A DNA stretch of 64,000 bases from Polyangiaceae bacterium. Its GTDB lineage: Bacteria > Myxococcota_A > Polyangia > Polyangiales > Polyangiaceae. The position numbers and the translations under genes were made by a program. Numbering within the stretch: the first letter of the stretch is position 1; each line of letters starts with the position of its first letter. The notes beneath the pieces are model-generated. The model saw only the letters and a program-made list of their open reading frames with translations, had not been told where the DNA came from and did no database searches. Shown piece by piece: positions 41,786-51,331 of this stretch. Where the stretch lies: contig JBNKBE010000011.1 of the NCBI GenBank assembly GCA_050287085.1, positions 128,001 to 192,000 on the forward strand, read 5' to 3'.

Positions 41786-43243
41786 GTGGTAGTGAGTCGG
41801 GTAGTGAGATGGAGCTGGGTGTCATACTTCGATAACCGTCTCCCGGGCGGGCTACGGGCGGCGCCCCACCCCTTTGCCAAGTCAAGACCGTTCTGGACCA
41901 CGTTTCTGCTCGTGCTGGCGCTCTCTGCGCCGCTGCTTGCCGATCCGTCGTCGCGAAGCCTGTTGCTCGGAGGCCCGGCAAGCAGCCACTACCAGCCGAA
42001 AGACCTCGCCGCCCACCTTCCCCTGGGGGCGGCACTGCGAGTCCAAGTTCGGCCAGCTCTACCAGCCGTAGCCTGCGCCCCCAGAGCCCCCGTGTGCGCC
42101 CACGCTTCAACGCAGGCCTTGGCCGACCGCGGCGCGCAGCTCATGGCGCAAGCCTACGAACGACTGAGCATCGCCGTGGACCTACCACTGCCCCACGGCG
42201 ATGGAGATGCGGGCGGCGGACCGGAACTCGATCTGTATCTCGTTTCGGACGCAAGCCCCCTCGTTGTCACCGCCGATCTGAGGACCCTGCAAGCAGACAG
42301 CACGTCGGGCCATTGTCAGCTCGGGGCCCTGGCATTGTCCGCCCAGGCGGCGACCCGCTGCTGGGTAGAGCTGAGCGCACTCCGCCTAGATGCCGCAGAG
42401 ACTCCGGCTTTGCGGGCAGGCCTAGGCGAATACGAGTCATGGTTGGCGCTCGGTCCCAGTGCCGCGGCAGCCGATCTCATCGGATTCGCACAAGCGAACC
42501 CTCAGCTCGGTTTGGCTGGACGAGCGCGCACCCCGGAATCCGCCGCTAGCGCCCTCTGGTGGGCTCACCTAGACGCCTCCTTGTCCAAATGGGAGCCAGG
42601 CAAACTGCCGCTCGCCACCTACGCTCTCAGCCGCCGCGACGAATCCTTGAAGCATAAGTGGCCGCCCAATGAGAGCATACAGTGGCGCAATGCCCCGGAC
42701 GCGCTCGATGTGGTGCGCTCCTTCTTCGATCTAAATAGGGAGCGCGAGGCAGAGCATTGGCTACAATGGGCCGTGGACCGTGCCTTCATGGGCAGCCGCG
42801 ACGACGGCGCTCACGCTGCTGCGGTACCATGGACGCAAGACGAGGGACGGATCCGCTTCGACTGGACGCTGAAGACATCCACTCTGCCTCGCTACGTGAT
42901 GAGCGAGCGGGCCATTGAACCCCTTGGCGCGATGTACACCTGGGTAGAGCTGGACGACGCCCCCACCCAGCTCGGTTTGCGCGTCGAGTGGGAGCCTCCC
43001 GTCCGCTTTCACTGGGCCGTGGTGGGCGTGGACGAGAAGGGACGCGAAACCACCCGCTGGGAACTCGCCTACACGGAGCAGGAGCAACGGCTCGAACGTA
43101 CGCTCATGAATTTTGCAAACGCGGTTGGGTTGATCATCGTGGGCGTCAATCTAGGAGGGGTGTCCTTGCAAACCCCTTTCGAGCCGGACTTTCAACCCTG
43201 GGAGCCACACCGCGCGTCTGTTTATCTCGCTCGCCTCGAGTGA
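41786..43243 (+). CDS. Secreted hypothetical protein (degenerate myxobacterial metalloprotease-like)
   Basis: Signal peptide, LP.P.GDG..GG.PELDLYL; no HEXXH seen; start uncertain. Confidence 0.5.
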   Translation: MVVSRVVRWSWVSYFDNRLPGGLRAAPHPFAKSRPFWTTFLLVLALSAPLLADPSSRSLLLGGPASSHYQPKDLAAHLPLGAALRVQVRPALPAVACAPRAPVCAHASTQALADRGAQLMAQAYERLSIAVDLPLPHGDGDAGGGPELDLYLVSDASPLVVTADLRTLQADSTSGHCQLGALALSAQAATRCWVELSALRLDAAETPALRAGLGEYESWLALGPSAAAADLIGFAQANPQLGLAGRARTPESAASALWWAHLDASLSKWEPGKLPLATYALSRRDESLKHKWPPNESIQWRNAPDALDVVRSFFDLNREREAEHWLQWAVDRAFMGSRDDGAHAAAVPWTQDEGRIRFDWTLKTSTLPRYVMSERAIEPLGAMYTWVELDDAPTQLGLRVEWEPPVRFHWAVVGVDEKGRETTRWELAYTEQEQRLERTLMNFANAVGLIIVGVNLGGVSLQTPFEPDFQPWEPHRASVYLARLE

Positions 43244-45672
43244 GCGTCGCGACGTCGCGACAGCGTCGCAAGAGCTGCCGCGCCAAAGGCCAACAAGCTA
43301 CCGGGAAGCGGCTCGTGGGGCAGCCCGAAAGCGCAACCGCCGTCCCCCTCTTGAGCAGACGCGTCGCGCTCCCGCTGGCGTACAATCGGGACCTCGACGT
43401 CCATGCTGAAGCCTTGGCCGTCGGAAAGCCCGACCGTCAGCGTCTTGCCAGCGGCCGCTTGATAGGCTTCAAGCGAAAGCTCGATTAGCCCGTTAACCCG
43501 TTGCTTCCTAGAGCGAAGTCTACCGTTGGCGATTGAGAGCTCGAGGGCGCGAAGCGACTCCTTCGCAAGAGGGTTCCCCGAGGTATCGCGCAGCAGCGCC
43601 AGCACCGCCAGCGGGGGCTCGCCCCCGGCGTAGGCTATGTTGTCGCCAGGTCGAAGCTCCGACTCCGCCGCACTCGGGCGCGACCTCGCGGCGGCCGAGC
43701 CCTCCATCGCGGAGAGACTGCGCCGGGCATTGACGATGCCCGCCCCCGCAAGGGATCCCTCGTCCTGAGTTCGGGATGCCCCTGCCAGCAACAAAGCTCG
43801 CATCTCCTTGTGATCGATCGAGGGATCCCGTTCGAAAAGGAGAGCCGCTACTCCGCTGACCAGCGGTGCGGCAAAGGACGTTCCTACCGCCGTACCCAAG
43901 TTATCATCCACCAATGCGCAGTTCGGCTCGGGGTTGGAGTCCGCGTCAAAGCACACCGGACTTCGCAGGAAGAGACTCACCGAATTGTTGCTCCCAAGAC
44001 GCAGAGGATGAGCACGCGTCGAAACTGCACCCACAATCGCCGCCCCAGGCGCCAAGAGCTCTGGCTTCAGGGTCCCGGCCTCGGCAGGCCCGGCAGCACT
44101 GAACGGCGCTACACGCCCCAACATGCCCTGCGGCACCAGCTCACCGTGAAAACGAGCCGACACAGCTTCATCTTGTTGATACCCCGGCCATTGGAGCCGG
44201 TTCCAAGTGGCTCCAACCGCTATGAGCTCCGGCGCGTCCGCGGGAACGCTCACGGTACCCGAGCGCCATGCGGAGGTGAACAACACGCCCGAGCTCCCCG
44301 CAAACGGGCTGTAGCTGCCGTCTGACTGAACCCATAGGTCCACCACGCCGCCGCCTTCGATCACGATTTCGTAGTCCGCATTGGGCGTGATATCGCCGGC
44401 GAAGACCAGCGCCGCGCCGCGATCGAGTCCATCGACCTCGATATCAGGCTGCGCCTGGTTAAGCACACTGACCTCCCAGCGCCGGTCCGCACCGTCCACG
44501 ACGCGAACCGCCTGTTGCTCACCTGGAGCCAGCGGCTCGACCAGCACCTGACCGTCGCCTGCCCGTAAGCCAACACGCAACTCATCGAGCTTCGTTGCGC
44601 TAATCCAGAGGAAAGCAAGTGCACTATCGTAGGCGTCGATATCGGGAGTCCGAAGGGGCGCCGCGCGGCTCTCGCCCTCAGCAACATGAAGCTGAGTATG
44701 GATCCCCAAGCGCTCGTTGCCGTTCGCCTGAACCTCTCCGCCGTTGCCAGCGGCCAGTACAATCGCGCGCCCAGTCCGTTCGGACGCAAGCTCGACCAGA
44801 GCCTGGCCGATGGCCGAGGAGCCATCGTGAGGTCCAAAGTCGCCACCCAAACTCAAGTTGACGACGGCCGGCTTGGCATCGTCAGCCGCCCGCTCGAAGA
44901 CAAAACGAGTGCCAAGCAGCACCGCTTCATCCGCAACCATCGCGTCGGTCGTGGCAACACGAACCACAATTAGCTCGGCTTCTGGGGCTACGCCGGCGTA
45001 TTGCGGCTTGCGCCCGCCGTTGCCAGCCGCGAGAGACGCGACGAGCGTACCATGACCCAAGATGTCGGGAGGCAGTGTGACCAGGTCACCGTTGAGCACT
45101 ACCCCTCCGGAAGTAACCAGCTCCTGGAGCTCCGGAGGGCCTAATACGGCGCAGCTATACGCCTCTCCGTCGCAGCCTAATTCCGCTTCGATTTCAGGAT
45201 AGATCCCAAGCGGCTGCAGACCAAAGTCGAGCCACCAACTGACCCGGCTCACACCACCGCCCGCCAGCGTGGGATGGCGAAGCTCAAGGCCGCTGTCGAT
45301 GATCCCGATCACAACACCCGCGCCGCTGCCACGGTCAGCCCCCAGCGACTCCCGCGCAGCACCGAGCTCGAGAATACCACTGGCCCGATCCAGCAATAGC
45401 CGCCGCGGCGCTGACCACAAGGCGATGCCATCGCCCTCGTCCGCCCGGCCCCCCCTAGGGAGAAGTGAATAGTGCCGACCGAGCGCCACGGCCCCCAGAG
45501 GGCCAGCCCCCGCCGCGTGCCGCATCAGGTGGAAGCGGCCTCCGAAACGCGTGCCCTCCCAGGCCCGTAGCTGCTCGAAAAGCTGCGGCTTTCCGAGGTT
45601 TTGCGCCTTGTGAGGAGGGACGGCCGCGGGAGCCACAGCCGGGGCAGCGAGCAACAGCAACAGCAACAGCAT
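43222..45672 (-). CDS. S8 (subtilisin-like) serine peptidase with MYXO-CTERM-like anchor
   Basis: IIDSG, GHGTLVAS, AAGN, GTSFAAPLVSG; C-terminal GGC..hydrophobic..RRR. Confidence 0.9.
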   Translation of the reverse strand: MLLLLLLLAAPAVAPAAVPPHKAQNLGKPQLFEQLRAWEGTRFGGRFHLMRHAAGAGPLGAVALGRHYSLLPRGGRADEGDGIALWSAPRRLLLDRASGILELGAARESLGADRGSGAGVVIGIIDSGLELRHPTLAGGGVSRVSWWLDFGLQPLGIYPEIEAELGCDGEAYSCAVLGPPELQELVTSGGVVLNGDLVTLPPDILGHGTLVASLAAGNGGRKPQYAGVAPEAELIVVRVATTDAMVADEAVLLGTRFVFERAADDAKPAVVNLSLGGDFGPHDGSSAIGQALVELASERTGRAIVLAAGNGGEVQANGNERLGIHTQLHVAEGESRAAPLRTPDIDAYDSALAFLWISATKLDELRVGLRAGDGQVLVEPLAPGEQQAVRVVDGADRRWEVSVLNQAQPDIEVDGLDRGAALVFAGDITPNADYEIVIEGGGVVDLWVQSDGSYSPFAGSSGVLFTSAWRSGTVSVPADAPELIAVGATWNRLQWPGYQQDEAVSARFHGELVPQGMLGRVAPFSAAGPAEAGTLKPELLAPGAAIVGAVSTRAHPLRLGSNNSVSLFLRSPVCFDADSNPEPNCALVDDNLGTAVGTSFAAPLVSGVAALLFERDPSIDHKEMRALLLAGASRTQDEGSLAGAGIVNARRSLSAMEGSAAARSRPSAAESELRPGDNIAYAGGEPPLAVLALLRDTSGNPLAKESLRALELSIANGRLRSRKQRVNGLIELSLEAYQAAAGKTLTVGLSDGQGFSMDVEVPIVRQRERDASAQEGDGGCAFGLPHEPLPGSLLAFGAAALATLSRRRDAHSRRAR

Positions 45673-45754
45673 CCGGACGAGGATGACCCGAGGCCAAGCG
45701 CAGTATCGTGCGCGCGGCGTCTGCCGGCGCCCTGCGCGAGCCCCCGACGCCCTT

Positions 45755-46675
45755 TCACGGCTCGGCAAGCAGTTGCTCCACGCTCGACTCAAAACGCTCG
45801 AGCTCAGGACCGCTAACGCCCACCATCAGGTCGTTCACAATCCCCCGCTTGTCGATCGCAAAAACAAGCGGCAGCGAATAGGCGCTATAGGCATCTGATA
45901 TCTTGCCGCCTTCATCCCACAAGACTGGGTAACGCAACCCCAGCGACGCCGCATCGCGAGTCGCCTGTTCAAAGGGGTCCAGCGTTACCCCAATCACGGA
46001 AACACCGAGGGCACGGCGCTCGTGCCAGGCGTTGAGATGAGGCGTCAAGGCGCGACAAGGACCGCACCAGGCAGCCCAAAAATCTAGCAAGACGACGCGC
46101 CCCTGAAGTTGGAGAAGGCTGGTGGGGACGTTGCCCTGAACAAGTCGCCCCGTGGACACATTAGGCGCGGGATAGCCCACGTAGTGCCGGCGCAGACGTT
46201 CGCTCAGCGACGGACGCGGCACCACTTGTATTCTCACGAGCCGCGCCTTGCCATCGCGCAGAAATGCTAGGCCCCCAACGTCCCCCGGGTGCAGCGCCGA
46301 AGTCACCCGCCGGAAGTCGTCCACGGTGGCCAGCGACTCCCCGTTCCAAGTCTGCAGCACATCACCCTCTTCCAACCCAACGCCTTCCGCCGGCGAGCCC
46401 CGTGAAACGCGTTGCAAGGTAAGCCCGGCTGCGGCCGGTCGAACCTGGAGCCCCAGCCAAGGCTCACCCGCGGAGGACCGCGCGTCGGACACACTTGGAC
46501 CGGCGGGCACCGCTTCAATTGTTTGGGGCAGCTCCGGAGACGCCGGCTGGAACGTGCCCTGAAGGTCGATGGGAGGTGCCAAGGGCAAAGCGCTGGGTAT
46601 GGCTGTAGCGGGATCTTGCCTGGGAGGCAGCGAGGGCTCGGAAGGATGGCAAGCGCTCAAGGCGAGTACTGCCAT
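45755..46675 (-). CDS. PDZ-TlpA/ResA thiol-disulfide oxidoreductase lipoprotein
   Basis: LSAC lipobox, WLGL..SPAE.VGL.EGDV PDZ, LDFWAAWCGPC. Confidence 0.85.
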   Translation of the reverse strand: MAVLALSACHPSEPSLPPRQDPATAIPSALPLAPPIDLQGTFQPASPELPQTIEAVPAGPSVSDARSSAGEPWLGLQVRPAAAGLTLQRVSRGSPAEGVGLEEGDVLQTWNGESLATVDDFRRVTSALHPGDVGGLAFLRDGKARLVRIQVVPRPSLSERLRRHYVGYPAPNVSTGRLVQGNVPTSLLQLQGRVVLLDFWAAWCGPCRALTPHLNAWHERRALGVSVIGVTLDPFEQATRDAASLGLRYPVLWDEGGKISDAYSAYSLPLVFAIDKRGIVNDLMVGVSGPELERFESSVEQLLAEP

Positions 46676-46717
46676 CAGGAGGTTGCTCACCACGGCCCGG
46701 AAAGATAGTGCTCTTGG

Positions 46718-47290
46718 ATGCGCCACGCGCTCGCCTTCGGATTGCTGCTGAGCGGCTGTACAGGACGTACGCCCTACCCGTCCAACATCGGATCTAGCCA
46801 CTATAGCGCGAGATCGGCAAGTGCCGACGAAAGCGACGCCCAATCGCAAGACACCGACGCAACCTCAAGACCGCGACACCGGGTGCGCCCCGACTCCGAG
46901 AAAACGCAACTCATCCCTTGGCCGCCCGCAGAAGGCCAGCGTCGCGCAAGCAGTCACGGCCCCAATCGTTGGTACGAAGTACGGCTACCGCGGGAATTCG
47001 GCCCGACCTACGCAGTGTGGTCACGCGGAGCTCAGGCTCCGGAAGGAACGCTCATCGCAGTAGCACTGGCGGCGAGTCCGGACGCGGACTTCGACGCCCT
47101 ATGGACGATGGTCAAGAAAGACGGTGTCTGGCGCTTCGAGGTTTGGCCCACTGATGGCAACAGCGCTGATTCAACCCCGCTCCGGAGTAGCGAAAACACG
47201 CGGACCACCACGCTCTGTCATCAGTGTCATAGCCAGGCGACAAGCGACTACGTCTTTGGTCCAGGCAGCTCGAACGGCGCTGAACGTTGA
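46718..47290 (+). CDS. Cytochrome P460/c'-beta family lipoprotein
   Basis: LSGC lipobox, PEGTLI, MVK..GVW.F, C-terminal CHQCH..DYVF. Confidence 0.65.
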   Translation: MRHALAFGLLLSGCTGRTPYPSNIGSSHYSARSASADESDAQSQDTDATSRPRHRVRPDSEKTQLIPWPPAEGQRRASSHGPNRWYEVRLPREFGPTYAVWSRGAQAPEGTLIAVALAASPDADFDALWTMVKKDGVWRFEVWPTDGNSADSTPLRSSENTRTTTLCHQCHSQATSDYVFGPGSSNGAER

Positions 47291-47294
47291 GCGC

Positions 47295-47655
47295 GCAAAC
47301 ACGGCTCAAGCGACAGGCAAACTAAGCGTAAGCGTTAAGAAAGGCTGTGAAGCGAGCCATCTCGACCGGAACCCTGACGCGGCTGGACGGCCGCAGCTGA
47401 CAGGGGCGCAAGACGGCAAGGGTTAGACCTGTAATTGGGTACTTGCAAGATGACGGCCGGCTCCAGAGCGACGACCAGGCTCAAGGCAAGAAAGAATGCC
47501 GACGGGATGACTCAACGCCAGCAATGAACCGAAACTAGGCAAGTTCGGCGGTGCAACGGTCCAGGAGCACCGCCGAAAAGGCAACCAAGGAGGAAATTAA
47601 GCGAAAGGTAAGAAGTGTGTAAGCTAAGCGACAGAAGATTAAGGAAGGTTGCACC
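47295..47655. ncRNA. Candidate structured ncRNA with about 17 YAAG (+) / CUUR (-) motifs
   Basis: No credible ORF, strong purine skew, perfect 11-bp hairpin 47544-47577, adjacent sigma54-like promoter; strand unresolved (minus favoured). Confidence 0.5.
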
Positions 47656-47664
47656 AAGGCCTTA

Positions 47665-47680
47665 AGCATAGGTCGTGCCA
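47665..47680 (-). promoter_or_regulatory. Sigma54 (RpoN) -24/-12 promoter
   Basis: TGGCACGACCTATGCT versus consensus TGGCAC-N5-TTGCW, correct GG/GC spacing. Confidence 0.65.
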
Positions 47681-47690
47681 ACCCCATCAG

Positions 47691-47712
47691 GCGCCAGAAT
47701 TCTGGCGCTTTT
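47691..47712 (+). terminator. Perfect 18-bp palindrome plus T tract (terminator or protein-binding site)
   Basis: GCGCCAGAATTCTGGCGC followed by TTTT. Confidence 0.45.
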
Positions 47713-48050
47713 AGGCTCGTACCTCGCCAATTCTCCAGTCCGTTGCGAACTTGGAGGAGTTTTCCCGGATCCTCATGTCATACTCGACCCCGCGTTGGGC
47801 CGCTCCCGAACCCATCGAAGCCCGCGAAGCCACGGGCCGCGGGGTGGTGTTTGCGCCGGAAACGGACATTGCCGCTAGCTCCACGACTCTCGTGTCCTAG
47901 TCGCCCCCGCGGGTCCTAAGACGCTTCCCTGAGCACAACCTGCTTCCAAGGCGGGCCAGACCTACAGCCGACCAAAGACTGTTTTTTGCCCCGAGCCAAC
48001 AGAAGATACTCGCAACCGCCCAAAGGCATGTTAGTAACCGCGCTCCCAAA

Positions 48051-48124
<74 letters not shown>

Positions 48125-48410
48125 CAGCATCAAAAAGGCCTGATTCGCTCCCCTTCGCGGGGAGCCCTGTTCACAGCCTGATAACACGCGAGGAAGCCTT
48201 GGCTCTCCTCGCGTTTGCACGTGAGGGGGTCGGAGTTCCCCGGGAGCGTGCCGAAGCATTTGCTCGCGCGGTTCTTGACCTGGACGACGCCAGCCGTCTG
48301 GCGTTGGCCGTTCTCGACGGCGGACTGTTCGCCGGTGCGCGACTGGTCGAGCTCGCGGCACTCGTGGCCGAACCGTCCGCGGGGGCGGATGGCGCGGAAG
48401 GCGCATCGTC

Positions 48411-49711
48411 ATGATGGCGCGAGCGGGCATCGTTCGCCCCTCTCGGGCGGCTCGGCGCGCTTGTAAGAACAAGGATAAGTCGCCGGAGACGGAAACGAGG
48501 CCCGACAGGGCCGGCCGTCTTCGGCGTGCGAAGGCACTACCCAAACAGGCTTGGGAAGGCCTACCTCCGTACGTCCAAGCTTGCGCAGCGAACCGCCACC
48601 GCAAGCGCCCGTACTTCCTCTACGTGTGGAACCCCGACAATCCAAACAAGAAGACCCGCATCGACTACTTCTGTCGCAGCTGGCGCTGCCCCTACTGTCG
48701 ACACCATGAGAGTCACGTCTTGTATTCGCGTGTCAGGGAGGCCTTCGAGCCATTCAACGCCGCGGACATCGTGTTCTTTGTGCTGACGCTCGACCCGAGG
48801 GAACACCAACGCGGCAAGACCGAGCTGACCCAAGTCTACAGGGAGTTCACCCGGCGCGGTGCCAATCTGCTCAAGCGTGTGCGACGCTGGATGACGAAGC
48901 ACGGCATGAAGCCGTTCGGAAGCGAGTGGGTCTCGACTATCGAAGCGCACAAGTCTGGCGTTCCGCACATCAACTACATGGTGCACAGTCCCGAGCTCGC
49001 GGCGTTCTTTCGGGCGGACGCAGAGTCGAGACGGGTTGCTGGTGAAAGCAGCGTCGAGTCCATCATCATCCGCGGCGAGCTGCGTCAGCACCTGGAGGCG
49101 TGCGGCTTCGGTTGGCGGTCAACCGCAGAAGCTGTGCGCCTCCATGGTGATGCAGTGAACGGCGTATCCAAGCTCGCGGGCTACATCACGAAGATTGCCG
49201 GCAACACGGAGAAGACGCACGGCGAGCTCGCCAAGTTGAGCCAAGTGCCATTGATGGCGCCAAAGAACTTCCGTCGACTCCGCTCGGGAAAGAAGTTCCT
49301 GCCCAAGCGCCGCAAGGGTGACGGGACCGGCGCTCTCCTCCGGCGTTACCCATCCAGGGAAGGCGACGAGGCGCCGAAGCGGTCACGCGCAGTTCCGACC
49401 CGGAGTACATGGCTCATGTGCGCGCTTGCGTGAGGCAGGAACAGGAACTGGTCTTCGAGGATGAGCGGCGGGTTGCGACGAACCGTTTCTGTGTGCGGTG
49501 GGGCCTGCCGCTGGCCACGGTGCCGCCCGTTCAGGCGTTCTTGTTGCCGCCGGTGAAGGTCTACGCGAAACCCGTGCCGCCCGCCGTCGACCAGCGCGAA
49601 CAGTGCGCGTTCGATTCACCAGTTCAGCTTGTGATACGGGTCAACGGTCATGCGCGAGGCGGGCGCCAGGGCTACGCACCGGCGTCGCTCTCCTTCGCGG
49701 GCTGCTCCTGA
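48411..49711 (+). pseudogene. HUH rolling-circle replication initiator with N-terminal Zn finger, frameshifted near 49375
   Basis: CRSWRCPYC, motif I FFVLTL, motif II EAHKSGVPHIN, motif III YITK; coding continues in another frame (AVTRSSDPEYMAHVRAC..) to 49711. Confidence 0.7.
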
Positions 49712-50166
49712 CGTGCGCCAACCCTCCCCCCCAGCTGGTTCCTCTTCTGAAACGTACCGATGTTGATAGTGGGCAGCGGAGGTAGCACGAGCCCGCCGGC
49801 GCCTGTCACCATCGCCACGTGAGCGCGAAAGTACGGGTATACAGCCATGCGGCCGACGTCTGTCAGAAAAGCGATAGCAGCACCGTCGTCTTCGTCGACC
49901 CGGCTGTAGTGCACAAGGTAGCGAGCCTTTACGACGAACATGGCCTCGCGAGCCTCGTTGTCCCTGATTCCGCGAAAGAGCCATTCGCAAACGCCGACGA
50001 CGGCGCCCTCGTTTGCCCGATGCTCCTGTTCGACCCAGTTGGTACCAATCTCCAACGACAGCGGCTCCCCTTGGGCATGCTCGGGCTTCAGGTCGAACTC
50101 CGAGTACACCAGCTTGAGCGCTTCGAGGCGCGCCTTCGCCGCGATGGACGCGTACGCTTCGCTCAA
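49672..50166 (-). CDS. SecB-like chaperone of a TAC system
   Basis: L.LVYSEF, F.VKARYLVHY, AVYPYFRAHVAMVT.AGGLVLPPLPTINI SecB signature; TTGA overlap with the antitoxin. Confidence 0.82.
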   Translation of the reverse strand: MSEAYASIAAKARLEALKLVYSEFDLKPEHAQGEPLSLEIGTNWVEQEHRANEGAVVGVCEWLFRGIRDNEAREAMFVVKARYLVHYSRVDEDDGAAIAFLTDVGRMAVYPYFRAHVAMVTGAGGLVLPPLPTINIGTFQKRNQLGGRVGARQEQPAKESDAGA

Positions 50167-50717
50167 GCTGCCCTCACATCGTTCGCGGGGTCAAAGTCGA
50201 ACTCGTATTCTGGCGCGGGTGACCAGACATGAACAGGCTCATGCCAGACAATGTCCTCTTCGGCATGAGCCGCCACCCTAACGCTCGCGGTGTCGTGCGC
50301 GCTCTCGCGCTGCAAGCGACGGTGCACCTCGGTAGGATAGATAGCAAAGGCTTCCAAGAGCCCTATGAGCGGCTCACTTGCTTCCTTCCGCCCCTTGAGC
50401 AGATGTGACAAGTACGTGGGAGTAACACCACACGCACGCTCGACGTCACGATTGGATACTCCGGCTTTCTCGTGAATGGTCTCCACCAAGAAGGTCAGGT
50501 GCGTTCGTTGGTCCGCCAGGTACGTTGGTCTGAGCACTGCCTTCGCTGCCTCGCGCAGAGACTCATCGAAGAACATCGCACCGCAGACGCTGCACGTTGG
50601 CACCTCAAAGCCCGTCGGCAGTTCGTACTTGCTACCACGGCGATAGGTGAACATGCGACCCTCGCCGGAGCGGGGCTCGATTCGTCCCTCTAGGCATTCG
50701 GTACAGATTTCACTCAT
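50163..50717 (-). CDS. MqsA-like antitoxin (Zn ribbon + XRE HTH + C-terminal extension)
   Basis: CTEC..CSVCG Zn ribbon, SNRDVERACGVTPTYLSHLLKG HTH, aromatic/acidic tail. Confidence 0.82.
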   Translation of the reverse strand: MSEICTECLEGRIEPRSGEGRMFTYRRGSKYELPTGFEVPTCSVCGAMFFDESLREAAKAVLRPTYLADQRTHLTFLVETIHEKAGVSNRDVERACGVTPTYLSHLLKGRKEASEPLIGLLEAFAIYPTEVHRRLQRESAHDTASVRVAAHAEEDIVWHEPVHVWSPAPEYEFDFDPANDVRAA

Positions 50718-51126
50718 CGTCTTCCTCTTCGTAGTCCAGGACGGTGGTCCTCAGGACGGTTTGGTCTGCAAGGCGTATCTCTCGGGTTGGATGAAAGGAC
50801 AAGAACCACTTCTTGCTACTGAGGCCTTCGCCCAGACGGACGCCGAGCTTGATGTACCAGGCGTATTCTTCCTCTGAGCGGCCACCAAAAGCGTCGCGCA
50901 TGATTCCGTAGACGTCGGCGCACGGCTCGTATTCGGCTCCAGGTTGGGGCCAGTTGCCGCAGAAGTCAGAAGGGTCTAGCTGGCGACATATCTTCTTCAC
51001 GACCTGCATGTACTCGTCCCCCAAGAGTCCAATAAGTCGCTCCACCCGGGCCTCGCTGATGCGAAGCTCGACTGCGCCGCTTGCTATACCGGCCTTCAAT
51101 GCGGCCAAATCGTGGAGCGGCTTCAA
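50710..51126 (-). CDS. MqsR-like (RelE-fold) toxin
   Basis: P.HDL..LK, L.P.DF, DVYG, WYIKL, FLSFH; first gene of the operon, overlapping the antitoxin. Confidence 0.75.
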   Translation of the reverse strand: MKPLHDLAALKAGIASGAVELRISEARVERLIGLLGDEYMQVVKKICRQLDPSDFCGNWPQPGAEYEPCADVYGIMRDAFGGRSEEEYAWYIKLGVRLGEGLSSKKWFLSFHPTREIRLADQTVLRTTVLDYEEEDDE

Positions 51127-51143
51127 CCTGGCCTGTGCCCTTC

Positions 51144-51171
51144 ACTATAGGGTGCATTGTACTCAGTACAA
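51144..51171 (-). promoter_or_regulatory. Sigma70-like promoter of the TAC operon overlapped by a palindromic operator
   Basis: TTGTAC-N16-TATAGT; palindrome TTGTACT-N-AGTACAA at 51157-51171. Confidence 0.6.
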
Positions 51172-51331
51172 CCCATGACGACCGATTTGTCCAAAACGTT
51201 GAGGCTGCCCGCACCAATTCGGCCCGAAAGCCCCGCCCTGAAACGGTGCCCCCTGAACCCCAATTCAGCCTATTTGGCGCCGAATCTTGAGCGCCTGTCC
51301 AGTCTTTTGTGAGTTGAATCCGCTTAACCTG

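Noticed and set aside
47295..47712. tmRNA, RNase P RNA or SRP RNA
   Set aside because: No tRNA-like ends, no GAGGAAAGTCC-type P4 motif and no SRP GGAA loop pattern recognised
51200..51290. Short frame ending QFSLF (clamp-motif-like)
   Set aside because: No supported start or recognisable domain; could be chance or a tiny remnant
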